Shown here one piece after another: positions 37,963 to 49,189 of a DNA stretch of 64,000 nucleotides (positions within the stretch are counted from its first letter, which is position 1; every line of letters starts with the position of its first letter). Source of the stretch: Nitrososphaeria archaeon (GTDB taxonomy: Archaea > Thermoproteota > Nitrososphaeria > JACIWG01); contig CAVXDT010000009.1 of NCBI GenBank assembly GCA_963760525.1, positions 15,611 to 79,610 of the forward strand, written 5' to 3'. Position numbers and translations under genes: made by a program. The notes below the pieces were generated by a model. It was not told the origin of the DNA. It searched no databases and saw only the letters and a list, made by a program, of their open reading frames with translations.

Positions 37963-39656
37963 GCGAGAAGAAGAATCTTCGCATAGGAGTGTTTGTCTGT
38001 CACTGTGGAGTCAACATTGGAGCAGTAGTAAACGTTCCTGAAGTAGTCAAATACGCAGAGACCTTACCTGATGTTATATACGCTGAAGGTAATCTCTACA
38101 CGTGCTCATCTGAAGGATTAAGCAAGATCAAAGATGCAATCAGGAAACACGAGCTCAACCGTGTAGTTGTAGCTTCATGCACTCCAAGGACCCACGAACC
38201 ACTCTTTCGAAGCGCATGTGAAGAAGCAGGAATGAACAAGTACCTATTTCACATGGCTAATATAAGAGAACAGTGCAGCTGGGTCCATGCTAAAGAACCA
38301 CTGAAAGCCACAGAAAAAGCTAAAGAGGTTATTAGGATGGGTGTGGCTAGAGCAGCTTTGCTTGAACCCCAAAACGAGCCCGAAATCGAGGTTCAACCAT
38401 CAGCACTCGTAATAGGCGGTGGGATTGCGGGAATGACCGCATCGCTGAGCCTGGCAAACCAAGGGTTCCAAGTACACTTAATTGAAAAGGAGCCTGAGCT
38501 CGGGGGAAAGCTTCGAGAACTTCATAGGTTATATCCGAGTGAAAAAGACGCTGAGGAAGTTTTGGGGAAATATGTGCAAGCTATAAGATTAAGCCCGAAC
38601 ATAAAGACATATACTTCATCTACTGTAAAGCATAATGGAGGTTTCATAGGTAACTTTAAAGTTACAATAGATCACAAAAGCAAAGAAGAGTCTTTGGATG
38701 TAGGAACTATAATAGTCGCGACAGGTGCAGAAATCCTCAAGCCGCAAGGAATGTATCTCTACGGAGAAAACAAGAATGTCATCACACAACTTGAACTAGA
38801 ACATCTCTTAAAAGAAAGAATGCTTCCTAAGCCAAACTATGTCGTCATAATCCAATGTGCTGGTGCAAGAGAAGAAAAAGAGGGTGGAAGAAATTATTGT
38901 TCGAGAATCTGTTGCGCTGTCGCTCTCAAAAACGCTCTGGAAATCAAGGAAATGTATCCAGAAGCTGAGGTTGCAATACTCTATAGAGACATGCAATCTT
39001 ATGGACGGGAATATGAGGAACAGTATAAAGAAGCACGAGAGAGCTTCGTGCAATTTATAAGATTCGACAAGGAAGACCCACCACAGGTTTCATCGGATCC
39101 AAATGGAAAGATCATTGTAAAAGTTCACGATATCTCAGTCAACACAACTCTCGAACTTCAACCTGACCTCGTTGTTTTATCAACTCCATTAATTCAACCC
39201 GAAGAAATCAAAGAGCTCTCTAGAATGCTTAAAGTTCCACTTGGAGCGGACGGGTTCTTCTTCGAAGCTCATGTCAAGCTTAGGCCGGTTGATTTTGCCA
39301 CTGATGGGATATATGTCTGTGGGACCGCCCATAGCCCAAAGACTATTCCAGAAAGTATCGCTCAAGCTTATGCTGCAGCTTCACGAGCAGGTATCCCGAT
39401 GGCTCTGAGACATGTTAAAACTGAAGCTATAACAGCCTCAGTAAGAGGAGAAGTGTGCACAGGCTGCGGAACCTGTATCAAACTATGTCCCTATAGTGCC
39501 ATACAGAAAGACGAGAAAGGAGTTGCAAAAGTCAATGATGTGCTTTGCAAAGGATGTGGAGTTTGCGCTGCAAGCTGCCCGGAAAGAGCAATAACAATGA
39601 GACACTTTAGTGACACGCAAGTGCTAGCTGAAGCAATGGCGGCTTTGGGGAGGTAA
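37959..39656 (+). CDS. hdrA: HdrA-like flavoprotein 2 (N-terminal Fe-S domain, FAD domain, C-terminal ferredoxin)
   Basis: [43 protein letters not shown], two CxxCxxC; own GGAGGT ribosome site and ATGA overlap. Confidence 0.92.
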   Translation: MSEKKNLRIGVFVCHCGVNIGAVVNVPEVVKYAETLPDVIYAEGNLYTCSSEGLSKIKDAIRKHELNRVVVASCTPRTHEPLFRSACEEAGMNKYLFHMANIREQCSWVHAKEPLKATEKAKEVIRMGVARAALLEPQNEPEIEVQPSALVIGGGIAGMTASLSLANQGFQVHLIEKEPELGGKLRELHRLYPSEKDAEEVLGKYVQAIRLSPNIKTYTSSTVKHNGGFIGNFKVTIDHKSKEESLDVGTIIVATGAEILKPQGMYLYGENKNVITQLELEHLLKERMLPKPNYVVIIQCAGAREEKEGGRNYCSRICCAVALKNALEIKEMYPEAEVAILYRDMQSYGREYEEQYKEARESFVQFIRFDKEDPPQVSSDPNGKIIVKVHDISVNTTLELQPDLVVLSTPLIQPEEIKELSRMLKVPLGADGFFFEAHVKLRPVDFATDGIYVCGTAHSPKTIPESIAQAYAAASRAGIPMALRHVKTEAITASVRGEVCTGCGTCIKLCPYSAIQKDEKGVAKVNDVLCKGCGVCAASCPERAITMRHFSDTQVLAEAMAALGR

Positions 39657-40432
39657 TGGTAATGAGCGAGTTTGAACCCAAGATTGTTGGTTTCCTATGC
39701 AATTGGTGCAGCTATGCAGGCGCAGACCTTGCCGGGGTGAGCAGAATACAGTACCCACCCAACATAAGGATTGTTCGCGTCATGTGCAGCGGAAGAATCG
39801 ACCCGACAATCCCACTTGAAGTTCTGATGGGAGGGGCTGATGGAGTGCTTGTGTTAGGATGCCACCCTGGAGACTGCCATTACGTTGAAGGAAACCTATA
39901 TGAAGAGAAAAAGATCGTATTGGCGAAGAAACTCTTAGCGCTAACAGGTCTTGAACCTGAACGTCTCAAACTTGAATGGGTTTCAGCATCTGAAGGACAG
40001 CGATTCGCTAAGTTGGTGACAGAATTCACGGAGCAAGTAAGGAAGTTAGGCCCTTCGCCAGTGTCAGGAATGAACCAGGATATTTTTTTGAATATTCAAG
40101 CAGCAAGAAATGCAGCTGCAAAATTTAGATTAAGGGTTATCGTAGGAAGAGAAAGGGAATTAACTGAGAAGACTAATGTTTACAAAGAAAAGATCTCTCA
40201 AGATGAATATGATTCTTTGTTAGATGAGATAGTTGAAACCGAATATATTCGCCAAAAAATTCATCTTATTACACGGAAAAAACCTTTGTCTATCACAGAT
40301 ATAGCATCAACTGTTCATATGAAACCTGCTGAAGTACTTGGAGAAATCGTGGAAATGCGCAGAAAAAACATGATAGCGGTGGACTCAATAAAAGATCAAA
40401 CACCACTCTATAAGGCGTTGGAGGTCGAGTGA
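39656..40432 (+). CDS. mvhD: MvhD 2Fe-2S subunit with C-terminal extension
   Basis: [35 protein letters not shown], plus about 120 extra residues. Confidence 0.92.
   Translation: MVMSEFEPKIVGFLCNWCSYAGADLAGVSRIQYPPNIRIVRVMCSGRIDPTIPLEVLMGGADGVLVLGCHPGDCHYVEGNLYEEKKIVLAKKLLALTGLEPERLKLEWVSASEGQRFAKLVTEFTEQVRKLGPSPVSGMNQDIFLNIQAARNAAAKFRLRVIVGRERELTEKTNVYKEKISQDEYDSLLDEIVETEYIRQKIHLITRKKPLSITDIASTVHMKPAEVLGEIVEMRRKNMIAVDSIKDQTPLYKALEVE
39668..39798 (+). repeat. 131-bp dispersed direct repeat, copy 1 (mvhD 5' end)
   Basis: Matches 43474..43604 with one mismatch seen (39778 C vs 43584 A). Confidence 0.9.
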
Positions 40433-40436
40433 ACAA

Positions 40437-43400
40437 ATGGAAGATAAGAAGGTGGGCGCAGTTCTCGTATTAGGAGGGGGAGTAGCTGGAATACAGGCAA
40501 GCCTCGACCTAGCAGACTCAAGCTTCAGAGTTTACTTGGTTGATCAAGGTTCCAGTATAGGTGGAGTGATGGCTCAGCTTGACAAGACATTCCCAACAAA
40601 CGACTGTTCAATGTGTATCCTTTCACCGAAACTGGTTGCAACAGGAAGACACCCCAACATAACCATCTTAACAAATGCTGAAATAACAGGTCTAAAAGGT
40701 GAAGCAGGAAACTTTGAAGTTGAACTTCGAAAGAAGAGCAGGTACATAATTGAAGAAAAATGTAATGGCTGCGGACTATGTGCACAGAAATGCCCAATTG
40801 AAGCTGTGGACACATTCAACGAGGGTCTGGGAAAGAGAAACGCAATATACATTGAATATCCTCAAGCTGTCCCATTGAAATATACTATTGATCGCGAAAA
40901 ATGCATAGGATGTGGAACATGCTCAGAAATATGTAAAGCACAAGCGGTCTTTTACGAACAAGAAGAAACCGAAACCACACTTAAAGTGGGTTCGATAATC
41001 CTTGCCCCAGGATTTGAGCCCTTTGATGCGAAAATGAAAAGTGAATACGGATATGGTCGATACCAAAACGTTGTGACAAGCATAGAATTTGAGCGAATAC
41101 TAAGCGCTTCAGGACCCTATGGTGGTCTTGTGCTTCGACCTTCAGATGGTGAAATCCCTAAGAAGATTGCTTTCATTCAATGTGTTGGTTCACGGGACTA
41201 CCAATTAGGTAACAACTATTGTTCTGCAGCATGTTGCATGTACGGAATGAAGGAGGCGGTCATAGCAAAGGAGCATACTCCAACGAAGCTCAATGCGTCC
41301 ATTTTTTATATGGACATGCGATCATTTGGAAAGGAATTTGATGCTTACAGGAATCGCGCAGAAGAAGAATACGGAATAGGATTTGTGAGGTCAAGGGTCG
41401 CTAGTTTGACAGAGGACCCGAAAACAAACAGTGTCATAGTAAATTATATCGTGGATAATAGTCCAAGAACAGAAGATTTTGATATGGTTGTATTGGTTAC
41501 TGGAATGCGGCCACCGAAGGATGCTGAAAGACTTGCTGAGAGTTTGGGAATAAAGCTCAACAAATACAACTTCTGTCAAACTGAGACTTTTTCACCGATG
41601 GAAACCTCGAAAAGAGGTATTTTTGTCTGTGGCGCATTTAGTAGTCCGAAAGATATTCCAGAAAGTGTCGCACAGGCAAGTGGAGCAGCATCTATGGCAA
41701 TGAGCGTAATTGCTAGCGAAAGGGGAACCCTAATCACCAAGAAGGAGTACCCGCCGGAGAGAGACGTAAGCTTAGAAGAACCTCGCATAGGTGTTTTTGT
41801 ATGCCATTGCGGCATTAACATCGGTGGGGTAGTGAATGTTCCTGAAGTGGTTGAATACTCGAAAGAACTACCCAACGTAGTCTATGCAGAGGCCAACATG
41901 TACACGTGCTCACAGGACACTCAGAAACTAATTGCGGAAAAGATTAAAATAAACAGACTCAATCGTGTTATAGTAGCTTCGTGTACACCAAGAACTCATG
42001 AACCACTGTTCAAAGAGACAGTTCAGGAGGCGGGGTTGAACCCATATCTCTTTGAGATGACTAACATACGTGATCAGTGCAGTTGGGTGCATATGCACGA
42101 GCCCGAGGAGGCAACGCAGAAGGCTAAAGAGCTTGTAAGGTCTATCGTAGCTAAAGCAAAGCTTTTGAAACCTTTACAGAAACCAAGAGTAAGCGTTGTA
42201 CCCGTTGGGCTGGTCATAGGTGGTGGCGTCTCAGGAATGACCGCTGCATTGAAACTGGCGGAGCAGGGATTCGAAATTCATCTTGTCGAGAAAGAGAAGG
42301 AATTAGGTGGTTACTTGCGCAATATCCATTATCTGCTCGAAGATGATATTGACCCACAAAAGGAACTTTTACGATTGGTTAGGGCTGTTACCGAAAACGA
42401 GAAGATACATGTCTATACTGGAGCAGAAGTCGTTGACGTCTATGGATTTGTCGGCAACTTCAAGTCCAAAGTGAAGTTGGAAGAGGGGATAGAAAAGGAA
42501 ATCAAGCACGGCACAGTTATCGTTGCCACAGGTGCAATTGAATACAAACCGACAGAGTATTTGTACGGTGAAGATCCTAGAATTGTCACACAACATCAAC
42601 TCGAAGAAATGATTGCTGAAGGCAAATTCAAGGCGAAAAACGTGCTTATGATCCAGTGCGTCGGAGCCAGAAACGACGAGAATCCGAACTGCTCAAGAAT
42701 ATGCTGTGGTCAAGCTGTAAAGAATTCCTTACGAATCAAGGATATTAGTCCTGAAACTGAAGTTTACGTTTTATATAAAGACATGAGAGCTTATGGTTTT
42801 AGAGAGGATTATTACCGCGACGCTGCCATGAAGGGCGTATTATTTGTGAACTATGATGATAAGAAGAACCGAAAGTTGGAAAAGATGACTTGGGAGGACT
42901 TGCGGTTACATTCTGGGAGCCCACGTTAGGTGAAGAGATAAGGATTAATCCGGATATGATAGCTCTAAGCGCTGCTACAATACCTAATCCGAACAATAAG
43001 CGGTTGGCTGAAATGCTTAAAGTGCCATTGACAAAAGATGGCTTCTTCTTGGAAGCTCATATGAAACTTAGACCTGTAGATTTCGCAACGGAAGGAGTGT
43101 TTTTGTGTGGCATGGCACATTCACCTAAGTATATAGATGAAAGTATTGCTCAAGCTTGTGCAGCAGCAGCAAGAGCTGCAACCATACTTTCGAAAGAAAC
43201 TCTTGAGATGGAGGGAATTATCGCCAGTGTCGAAGAAGACTTATGCGGCGGATGCAAGATTTGTGAGAACCTATGCCCATACAGAGCAATCGAAATGAAA
43301 GATAAGGAAGGTAAAACTGTTGCGCATGTGGTTGAAGCCCTATGTAAGGGGTGTGGTGTTTGTGGTGCAGCATGCCCGACTAAAGCCATTACTATGGGGC

Positions 43401-43462
43401 ACTTTACGACCGAAGAGATATTGGCTCAAGTCAAAGCCATATTACTGGAGGTTAAGGCATGA
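40437..43462 (+). CDS. hdrA: Double-length HdrA-like flavoprotein 3 (two FAD modules; frameshifted near 42870-42890)
   Basis: GGGVAG and GGGVSG FAD motifs, [12 protein letters not shown], internal [15 protein letters not shown] and C-terminal ferredoxin in ORF 42890..43462. Confidence 0.9.
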
Positions 43463-43899
43463 TGGAAAAAAATGAGTTTGAACCCAAGATTGTTGGTTTC
43501 CTATGCAATTGGTGCAGCTATGCAGGCGCAGACCTTGCCGGGGTGAGCAGAATACAGTACCCACCCAACATAAGGATTGTTCGAGTCATGTGCAGCGGAA
43601 GAATAGAACCGTCATTCGTCTTGGAAGCCTTCAAGGATGGTGCGGATGGAGTGCTTGTTGCTGGTTGCCATTTGCCATCTGACTGTCATTACATTAGTGG
43701 AAACTTTAAGGCTTTTAGACGTGTCACGCTGCTGAAGGAGGTTCTCAAAGAATTCGGAATTGAGCCAGAAAGGCTGAGACTAGAATGGATTTCAGCAAGT
43801 GAAGGAGATAAGTTTGCTGCTGTGGTTCGTGACATGGTGGAAAAGATGAAAAAGCTTGGGCCAAATACAATCATGGTTAAAAAGGTTGATGTACAATGA
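43459..43899 (+). CDS. mvhD: MvhD 2Fe-2S subunit, copy 2
   Basis: [36 protein letters not shown]. Confidence 0.93.
   Translation: MMEKNEFEPKIVGFLCNWCSYAGADLAGVSRIQYPPNIRIVRVMCSGRIEPSFVLEAFKDGADGVLVAGCHLPSDCHYISGNFKAFRRVTLLKEVLKEFGIEPERLRLEWISASEGDKFAAVVRDMVEKMKKLGPNTIMVKKVDVQ
43474..43604 (+). repeat. 131-bp dispersed direct repeat, copy 2
   Basis: Matches 39668..39798. Confidence 0.9.
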
Positions 43900-44414
43900 G
43901 TGAGATAGAAAAGGAAGTAGTAAAAGCGTCTGAGATCGATCCCAAGTTCAAGTATGAAATCTCAAAGATACACGGTGGCGAAAAACTGATGCGCTGTTTC
44001 CAATGTGGAACATGCACTTCGGACTGTCCAGTTGCAAGATTTAGTGACACCTATAGGCCAGGACAGATAATCCGCATGGCGCAACTCGGATTGAAGGACA
44101 AAGTGTTGAAGAGCGATACGCTGTGGTTGTGTGCGTCATGCTTCACATGCACCGACCGCTGCCCACAAGACGTTGAGGTCGCAAGTGTTATACGCGTACT
44201 TAGAAATCTGGCGGTAGAACAAGGTGCTGTACCTCAAGTGTTCAAGGAACAATATGCAAGTGTACTGGCGTCAGGATACGCTTATAAGATTCCCGAATTG
44301 CGCTTGAAAAAACGCGAGTCTCTAGGATTGCCACCATTGCCAACAGGGAAACCTGAAAGTATCCGCAAATCACTGAGCAGTGTGAAATTCCTCAAACATG
44401 TAGAGGGGAAATAG
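43896..44414 (+). CDS. hdrC: Heterodisulfide reductase subunit C
   Basis: [12 protein letters not shown] and [14 protein letters not shown]. Confidence 0.93.
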   Translation: MSEIEKEVVKASEIDPKFKYEISKIHGGEKLMRCFQCGTCTSDCPVARFSDTYRPGQIIRMAQLGLKDKVLKSDTLWLCASCFTCTDRCPQDVEVASVIRVLRNLAVEQGAVPQVFKEQYASVLASGYAYKIPELRLKKRESLGLPPLPTGKPESIRKSLSSVKFLKHVEGK

Positions 44415-44418
44415 AAAT

Positions 44419-45309
44419 ATGGCAGAAAACAGATATCTAATATTCCTCGGATGTGCAATCCCATATCGTGTTCCAGCATTTGAAATTTCAGCTAGGAAGA
44501 CACTTGCAAGGTTGGGTGTGGAATTAGTTGAGATGCCTGAGTTCAACTGTTGCGGTTTGCCATTAGACCCTGTTAGTCATGATACAATGCTTATATTGGC
44601 TGCGAGAAACTTGGCGTTAGCTGAGCAAAAAGGTCTAGACATCATTACCTTATGCCCCGGTTGTGCCGGGACATTGAAGAAGGTCAGCAAGATGTTGAAA
44701 CAAGACAAAGCACTATGCGATGAAATAAATGGCCATTTGGGAGAGGTAGGGCTTGAGTTCAAGGGAACAGTTAACGTGAAGCATCTTATGCAAGTATTGA
44801 TTGAAGACATAGGAATAGAGAAGGTGAAGAATTCAGTCGTTAACCCACTTACAACGCTGAAAGTCGCTGAACACAATGGATGCCACATCTCGCGCCCTAA
44901 GGAATATATTGGTTTTGATGACGCAGAAAATCCAATGACACTCAAAAAACTGATTGAAGCAACAGGAGCAACATGCTTGGACTACATGGATGAAACAGAA
45001 TGTTGTGGCGCCCCAAGTGTAGGCGTTAATGACACTATCGTATTAAAACTTGCAAGGGACAAGCTGAATAATATTAAAGTTGTAGGCGCTCAAGCTCTAT
45101 AACTATCTGCCCATTTTGTCACATTATGTATGACACGAATGAAGTGCGCATAGAGAAAATGTTCAGTGAAGTTTATGGTATTCCAGTGCTTCATTATCCA
45201 CAACTACTTGGTCTGGCAATGGGTTTGAAACCTGAAGAGCTTGCTTTCGGCGATTTGAGGGTTACACACGTCCAAAATACTGAATAGTCTCCCTCAAGCT
45301 GATAAATGA
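44419..45309 (+). CDS. hdrB: Heterodisulfide reductase subunit B (frameshift near 45098, probably another near 45265)
   Basis: FLGC, NCCG, LCPGC, HNGCH, ECCG; shifted frame continues ITICPFCHIMYD...IPVLHYPQLLGLAMG; end at 45287 or 45309 (ATGA overlap with mvhG). Confidence 0.9.
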
Positions 45310-46290
45310 TGTCGAAAGAAAAACTGAAGGTAGCCTTCTATTGGGCTGCCAGCTGTGGCGGATGCGAAATTGCAGTGCTTGACATAAATGAGAAAATACT
45401 TGACATAGTGCAAATTGCTGACATCGTCTTCTGGCCAGTAGCAATGGACATAAAGTACAAAGATGTTGAGTCGATGCCAGATAATTACATTGACATATGC
45501 TTCTTCAACGGTTCTGTGAGAACTGAGGAGCAAGAGCATATGGCTAAGCTCATGAGGAGTAAGTCTAAGACACTCGTCACTTTTGGCTCCTGCGCTCAAG
45601 AAGGATGTGTGCCAGGACTAGCGAATCTGTATGAACGCAAAGAGATACTAAATAAAACTACTTGGAGAGCAGATATGTCTCAAATCCTGATGGCGTCATC
45701 CCATTGAACAAGACGGTAATTAGAGAAGGAGAGCTCAGGCTTCCTAAGTTCTATGACACTGTGAGGACTCTGGACCAAACTGTTGACGTGGATTACTACT
45801 TGCCCGGCTGCCCACCTCCAGTAAAGCTAATACTGGGTGCTCTTGACGCCATAGCGAAAGGCAAATTGCCACCTAAGGGTTCGGTGCTTGCCCTCTGAAG
45901 TCAGTATGCGATGAATGCCCAAGGAAGAAGGAGAACAAGAGGATTTCAAGGATTTACCGTGTTCATGAGAAAGTTCCTGAACCCGAGAAGTGCCTACTTG
46001 AGCAGGGGATAATCTGCATGGGACCTGGAACCCGCAGTGGCTGCGGGGCTCAATGCTTGACTGCTGACATGCCATGCACCGGATGCGGTGGACCATGCCC
46101 AAATTCAGTGGAGCAAGGTGCTGCCATGATTAGTGCAATAGCATCTATACTTGGATTAGACGATGAAAATGAGCACTTCACCAAGGAAGATGTTGAGAAT
46201 CTAATGAGCCAAATCAAAGATCCTATCGGTACATTTTACATGTATTCTTTGCCAGCATCAATATTGAGAAGGAAAGTGATAACCAAATGA
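45306..46290 (+). CDS. mvhG: Group 3c hydrogenase small subunit (frameshifted into three ORFs)
   Basis: ASCGGCE, FGSCA..GCVPGL, LPGCPP, CMGPGTRSGCGAQC..MPCTGCGG. Confidence 0.9.
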
Positions 46291-47783
46291 AAGAAATAAT
46301 CATTGACCCAATAACAAGGCTTGAAGGGCATGGTAACATTTCAATATTCTTAAATGACGCCGGAGAGGTAGAAAATGCCTACTTGAAGGTTCCCGAGCTT
46401 AGAGGATTCGAACAGTTCTGTATTGGAAGAAGAGCTGAGCTCATGCCCGTTCTGACTTCCAGGATTTGTGGAGTCTGCCCAGTCGCCCACCACACTGCAG
46501 CAACCAAAGCCCTAGATTCGGCATTTAAAGTTGAACCTCCTTCAGCAGCCAAGAAGCTCAGAGAACTTATGTACTCCGGTTATCTTATTTATGATCATAT
46601 CTTACATTTCTACTATTTGGGCGGTCCAGACTTCATAGTTGGCCCTGAAGCGCCACCGGGCAAGAGAAACATCTTAGGGGTGATCGAGAAGGTTGGTATT
46701 GATGTAGCAAGGCAGGTCATTAAGCACAGAGCATACGGACAAAAGATTACTGAGATTCTGGGCGGAAAGGCAACACATCCTGTCTGCGGTTTGCCTGGTG
46801 GATTCTCAAAGCCTTTGAGTGAGGAAAATCGGGTCCAAATTGAGGAGATGGCTACTTCCTGCCATGATTTCGCTAAGTTTACGCTTAAAATATTTCATGA
46901 TATTGTACTGGGAAATAGCAAATATGTGGACATGATTAAGAGCGATGCTTATACGATGAGGACCTACTACATGGGTTTAGTCGACAGTAATAACAAAGTC
47001 AATTTCTATGATGGAAGAGTTAGAGTTGTTGACCCCAAAGGGAATGAGTTCTTGAAGTTTGAGCCAAAGGATTACCTGAACAATATTGGCGAAAGTGTTG
47101 AGAAATGGACCTATGCGAAATTTCCATATCTCAAGAAGGTCGGTTGGAATGGATTGACTTGTGGAGAAGCAAGCGGGATTTACCGTGTAGGACCTTTAGG
47201 TCGACTTAATGCATCGGATGGTATGGCTACACCATTTGCCCAAGCTGAATATGATGAGATGTACAAAACTCTCGGTAGGCCTATACATGGGACGTTGGCC
47301 TATCATTGGGCAAGATTGATTGAGCTTCTATATGCTACTGAGAGAGCGCTTGAGCTAATTAGGGATCCAGAGATTACGAGTAAAAACGTTAGGAACAAAC
47401 CTGGTGAGCCAGGTGAAGGCGTAGGAGTAGTCGAAGCAGCGAGAGGAACTCTGTTTCATCATTACGTTCTTGACAGCGACGCGTTGATCAAGGATGTAAA
47501 TATGATAGTAGCCACAACAAATAATTATCCAGCAATTTGCATGTCTATTAGAGATGCTGCCAAAGGTTTAATTCATGGAGCTAATGTAGATCAAGGAATT
47601 TTGAATAAAGTGGAGATGGCTTTTAGAGCTTACGACCCGTGCTTTGGATGCGCTACACACTTCGCAATCGGGCAAATGCCTTTGACTTTGAAGATATACA
47701 ACCATAGAAAGGAACTTGTTAGACATTGCAAAGATAGAAGTTCCTATTTTCCCTTAAAAACAATACTGTCCTGTGAAGGCTAA
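46287..47783 (+). CDS. mvhA: Group 3c [NiFe]-hydrogenase large subunit
   Basis: PITRLEGHG, ELRGFE, L1 RICGVCP, L2 DPCFGCATH; true stop may be TAG at 47735-47737 after an indel. Confidence 0.93.
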   Translation: MKEIIIDPITRLEGHGNISIFLNDAGEVENAYLKVPELRGFEQFCIGRRAELMPVLTSRICGVCPVAHHTAATKALDSAFKVEPPSAAKKLRELMYSGYLIYDHILHFYYLGGPDFIVGPEAPPGKRNILGVIEKVGIDVARQVIKHRAYGQKITEILGGKATHPVCGLPGGFSKPLSEENRVQIEEMATSCHDFAKFTLKIFHDIVLGNSKYVDMIKSDAYTMRTYYMGLVDSNNKVNFYDGRVRVVDPKGNEFLKFEPKDYLNNIGESVEKWTYAKFPYLKKVGWNGLTCGEASGIYRVGPLGRLNASDGMATPFAQAEYDEMYKTLGRPIHGTLAYHWARLIELLYATERALELIRDPEITSKNVRNKPGEPGEGVGVVEAARGTLFHHYVLDSDALIKDVNMIVATTNNYPAICMSIRDAAKGLIHGANVDQGILNKVEMAFRAYDPCFGCATHFAIGQMPLTLKIYNHRKELVRHCKDRSSYFPLKTILSCEG

Positions 47784-47864
47784 TATTTTCCAAGCGAAAA
47801 CCTAAATCGAGACAACTCTCTTGAAAAGAAAGGTTAAATATTATTCTGTCGTTGATAGGGTTGA

Positions 47865-48212
47865 ATGGAAATGCAAGTTGCATTTGTTCTTATAAATGCA
47901 GATTTGGGAGCTGAAGAAGAAATAGCGAAAGAACTGAAAAAGATACCTGAAGTCAAAGAAGTGTACGTGGTCTATGGTACCTATGACGTGATTGCTAAGA
48001 TTCAAGCAGAGACCATGGACAAGCTGAAAGATACGATTACTTGGAAGATACGACATCTGCAGAATGTACGCTCGACTCTGACGATGGTCGTAATGGAAAG
48101 CTCCAGAAAAAGCAGGTCTCAAACAGAAATAGCTACTTTCGCATATGCGTTGGAATGTGTTATTAGAGTTTTCTTTATAATCTTACGTAAGGATACTAAA
48201 CGAGAGTCTTGA
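47865..48212 (+). CDS. Stand-alone Lrp/AsnC ligand-binding (RAM) domain protein
   Basis: AFVLIN, VYGTYDVIAKI, NVRSTLTM; no HTH; last ~35 aa probably artefactual. Confidence 0.85.
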   Translation: MEMQVAFVLINADLGAEEEIAKELKKIPEVKEVYVVYGTYDVIAKIQAETMDKLKDTITWKIRHLQNVRSTLTMVVMESSRKSRSQTEIATFAYALECVIRVFFIILRKDTKRES

Positions 48213-48280
48213 TTGTGCGATTCTCATGACCGGAACCTAAGCATTCTAGCCTGATTTATTTTCACCCAGATAGGAATTTC

Positions 48281-48312
48281 CTCTACTCTTTCAAGACGTT
48301 GGGAGAGTAGAG
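48281..48312 (+). other. 14-bp RNA-type stem-loop between convergent genes
   Basis: CTCTACTCTTTCAA-gacg-TTGGGAGAGTAGAG, two G.U pairs on the plus strand. Confidence 0.6.
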
Positions 48313-48332
48313 AATGCCATGTGCAGATATCC

Positions 48333-49189
48333 TCAGTCTAAGAACCTGTCAAAGAATTCTTGAGGCAATGAACAACATGCCTTGACAATGTTCAGACGGA
48401 GCTTCTGAGCTATTTTCGCCCTTGGCACAGCTATCCTATCAAGAAAACAATCATTAATTAATCCTTCATCAAAAAGGCTTTTGTATTTCGGAGGTCTCAT
48501 ACAACCAAGTGCAATCTCTCCTTGAACCTTTGCGAGTATGAGAATATCTCAGTTTAAATCACCTATTCTCGGAGACTTGAAGTTAGCCATGGGAGTATTA
48601 GCTGTTGGCATAAAGATCAGAAAGGTCATTAGATAAGCCCGATGGTCTATTACAATATCTATAGCTTCTCGCTCCTTTCAATTTCACCATATCTTGAACC
48701 TATAAGAACATGTGGAGCTATATATGAGGGACCATGTCCAAGCAAAAGTTCGAAGCTTTTTACATAGTCTGAAGGCTCTTTTTTTAAGCCTTGGACTTCT
48801 TTAATTACTACCGGATCAATCATCATTCCGTAATCAACCACGTCTACCTTATTGTTTCTCATCTGTGTTGCCAAATCTTTGTCCACTAGACCAGAGTGCA
48901 CACTGACAACTAGGTCAAAGTCTTTTTTTATTTCCTTTACAATCTGTAAGAAAGGCATTATAGGTAATACGCCTTCAAGGTTAAATCCCCCACTCAAGAG
49001 AATGCCCCTCGCACCTTTCGAGGTTAGAAATCGAGCCACATCATACAACTGCTTAGGCGTAGAAGCGCCTATCATGCCTTCAAGATAGTTTCCCATGCAG
49101 AACTTGCACTTAAGTTGGCAGCTTGCAGCGGTAATACTTACTGCAGGATACTTTACTCTTGGAAAGAAAGCAATGGTTCTCATCTTCAC
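48333..49189 (-). CDS. lipS1: Archaeal-type lipoyl synthase subunit 1 (radical SAM; frameshifts near 48675 and 48555)
   Basis: SITAASCQLKCKFC, LLSGG, APHV; uncalled downstream frames give FMPTANTPM, IALGCMRP and KACCSLP...FLD* (TGA 48333-48335). Confidence 0.82.

Noticed and set aside
45098-45102. Truncated HdrB ending at TAA 45102
   Set aside because: A one-base shift restores ITICPFCH and the normal C-terminus
36645-47783. Selenocysteine recoding in hdrA/mvhD/mvhA, with the 48281 hairpin as SECIS
   Set aside because: The recognisable ligand motifs all use Cys; breaks are frameshifts rather than in-frame TGA
34734-47783. Evidence for methanogenesis
   Set aside because: No mcr, mtr or coenzyme M/B genes in the window; Hdr/Mvh and methyltransferases also occur in non-methanogens
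48100-48212. Novel C-terminal domain on the Lrp/AsnC protein
   Set aside because: The RAM domain is complete by about residue 78; the tail has no features and may be indel read-through
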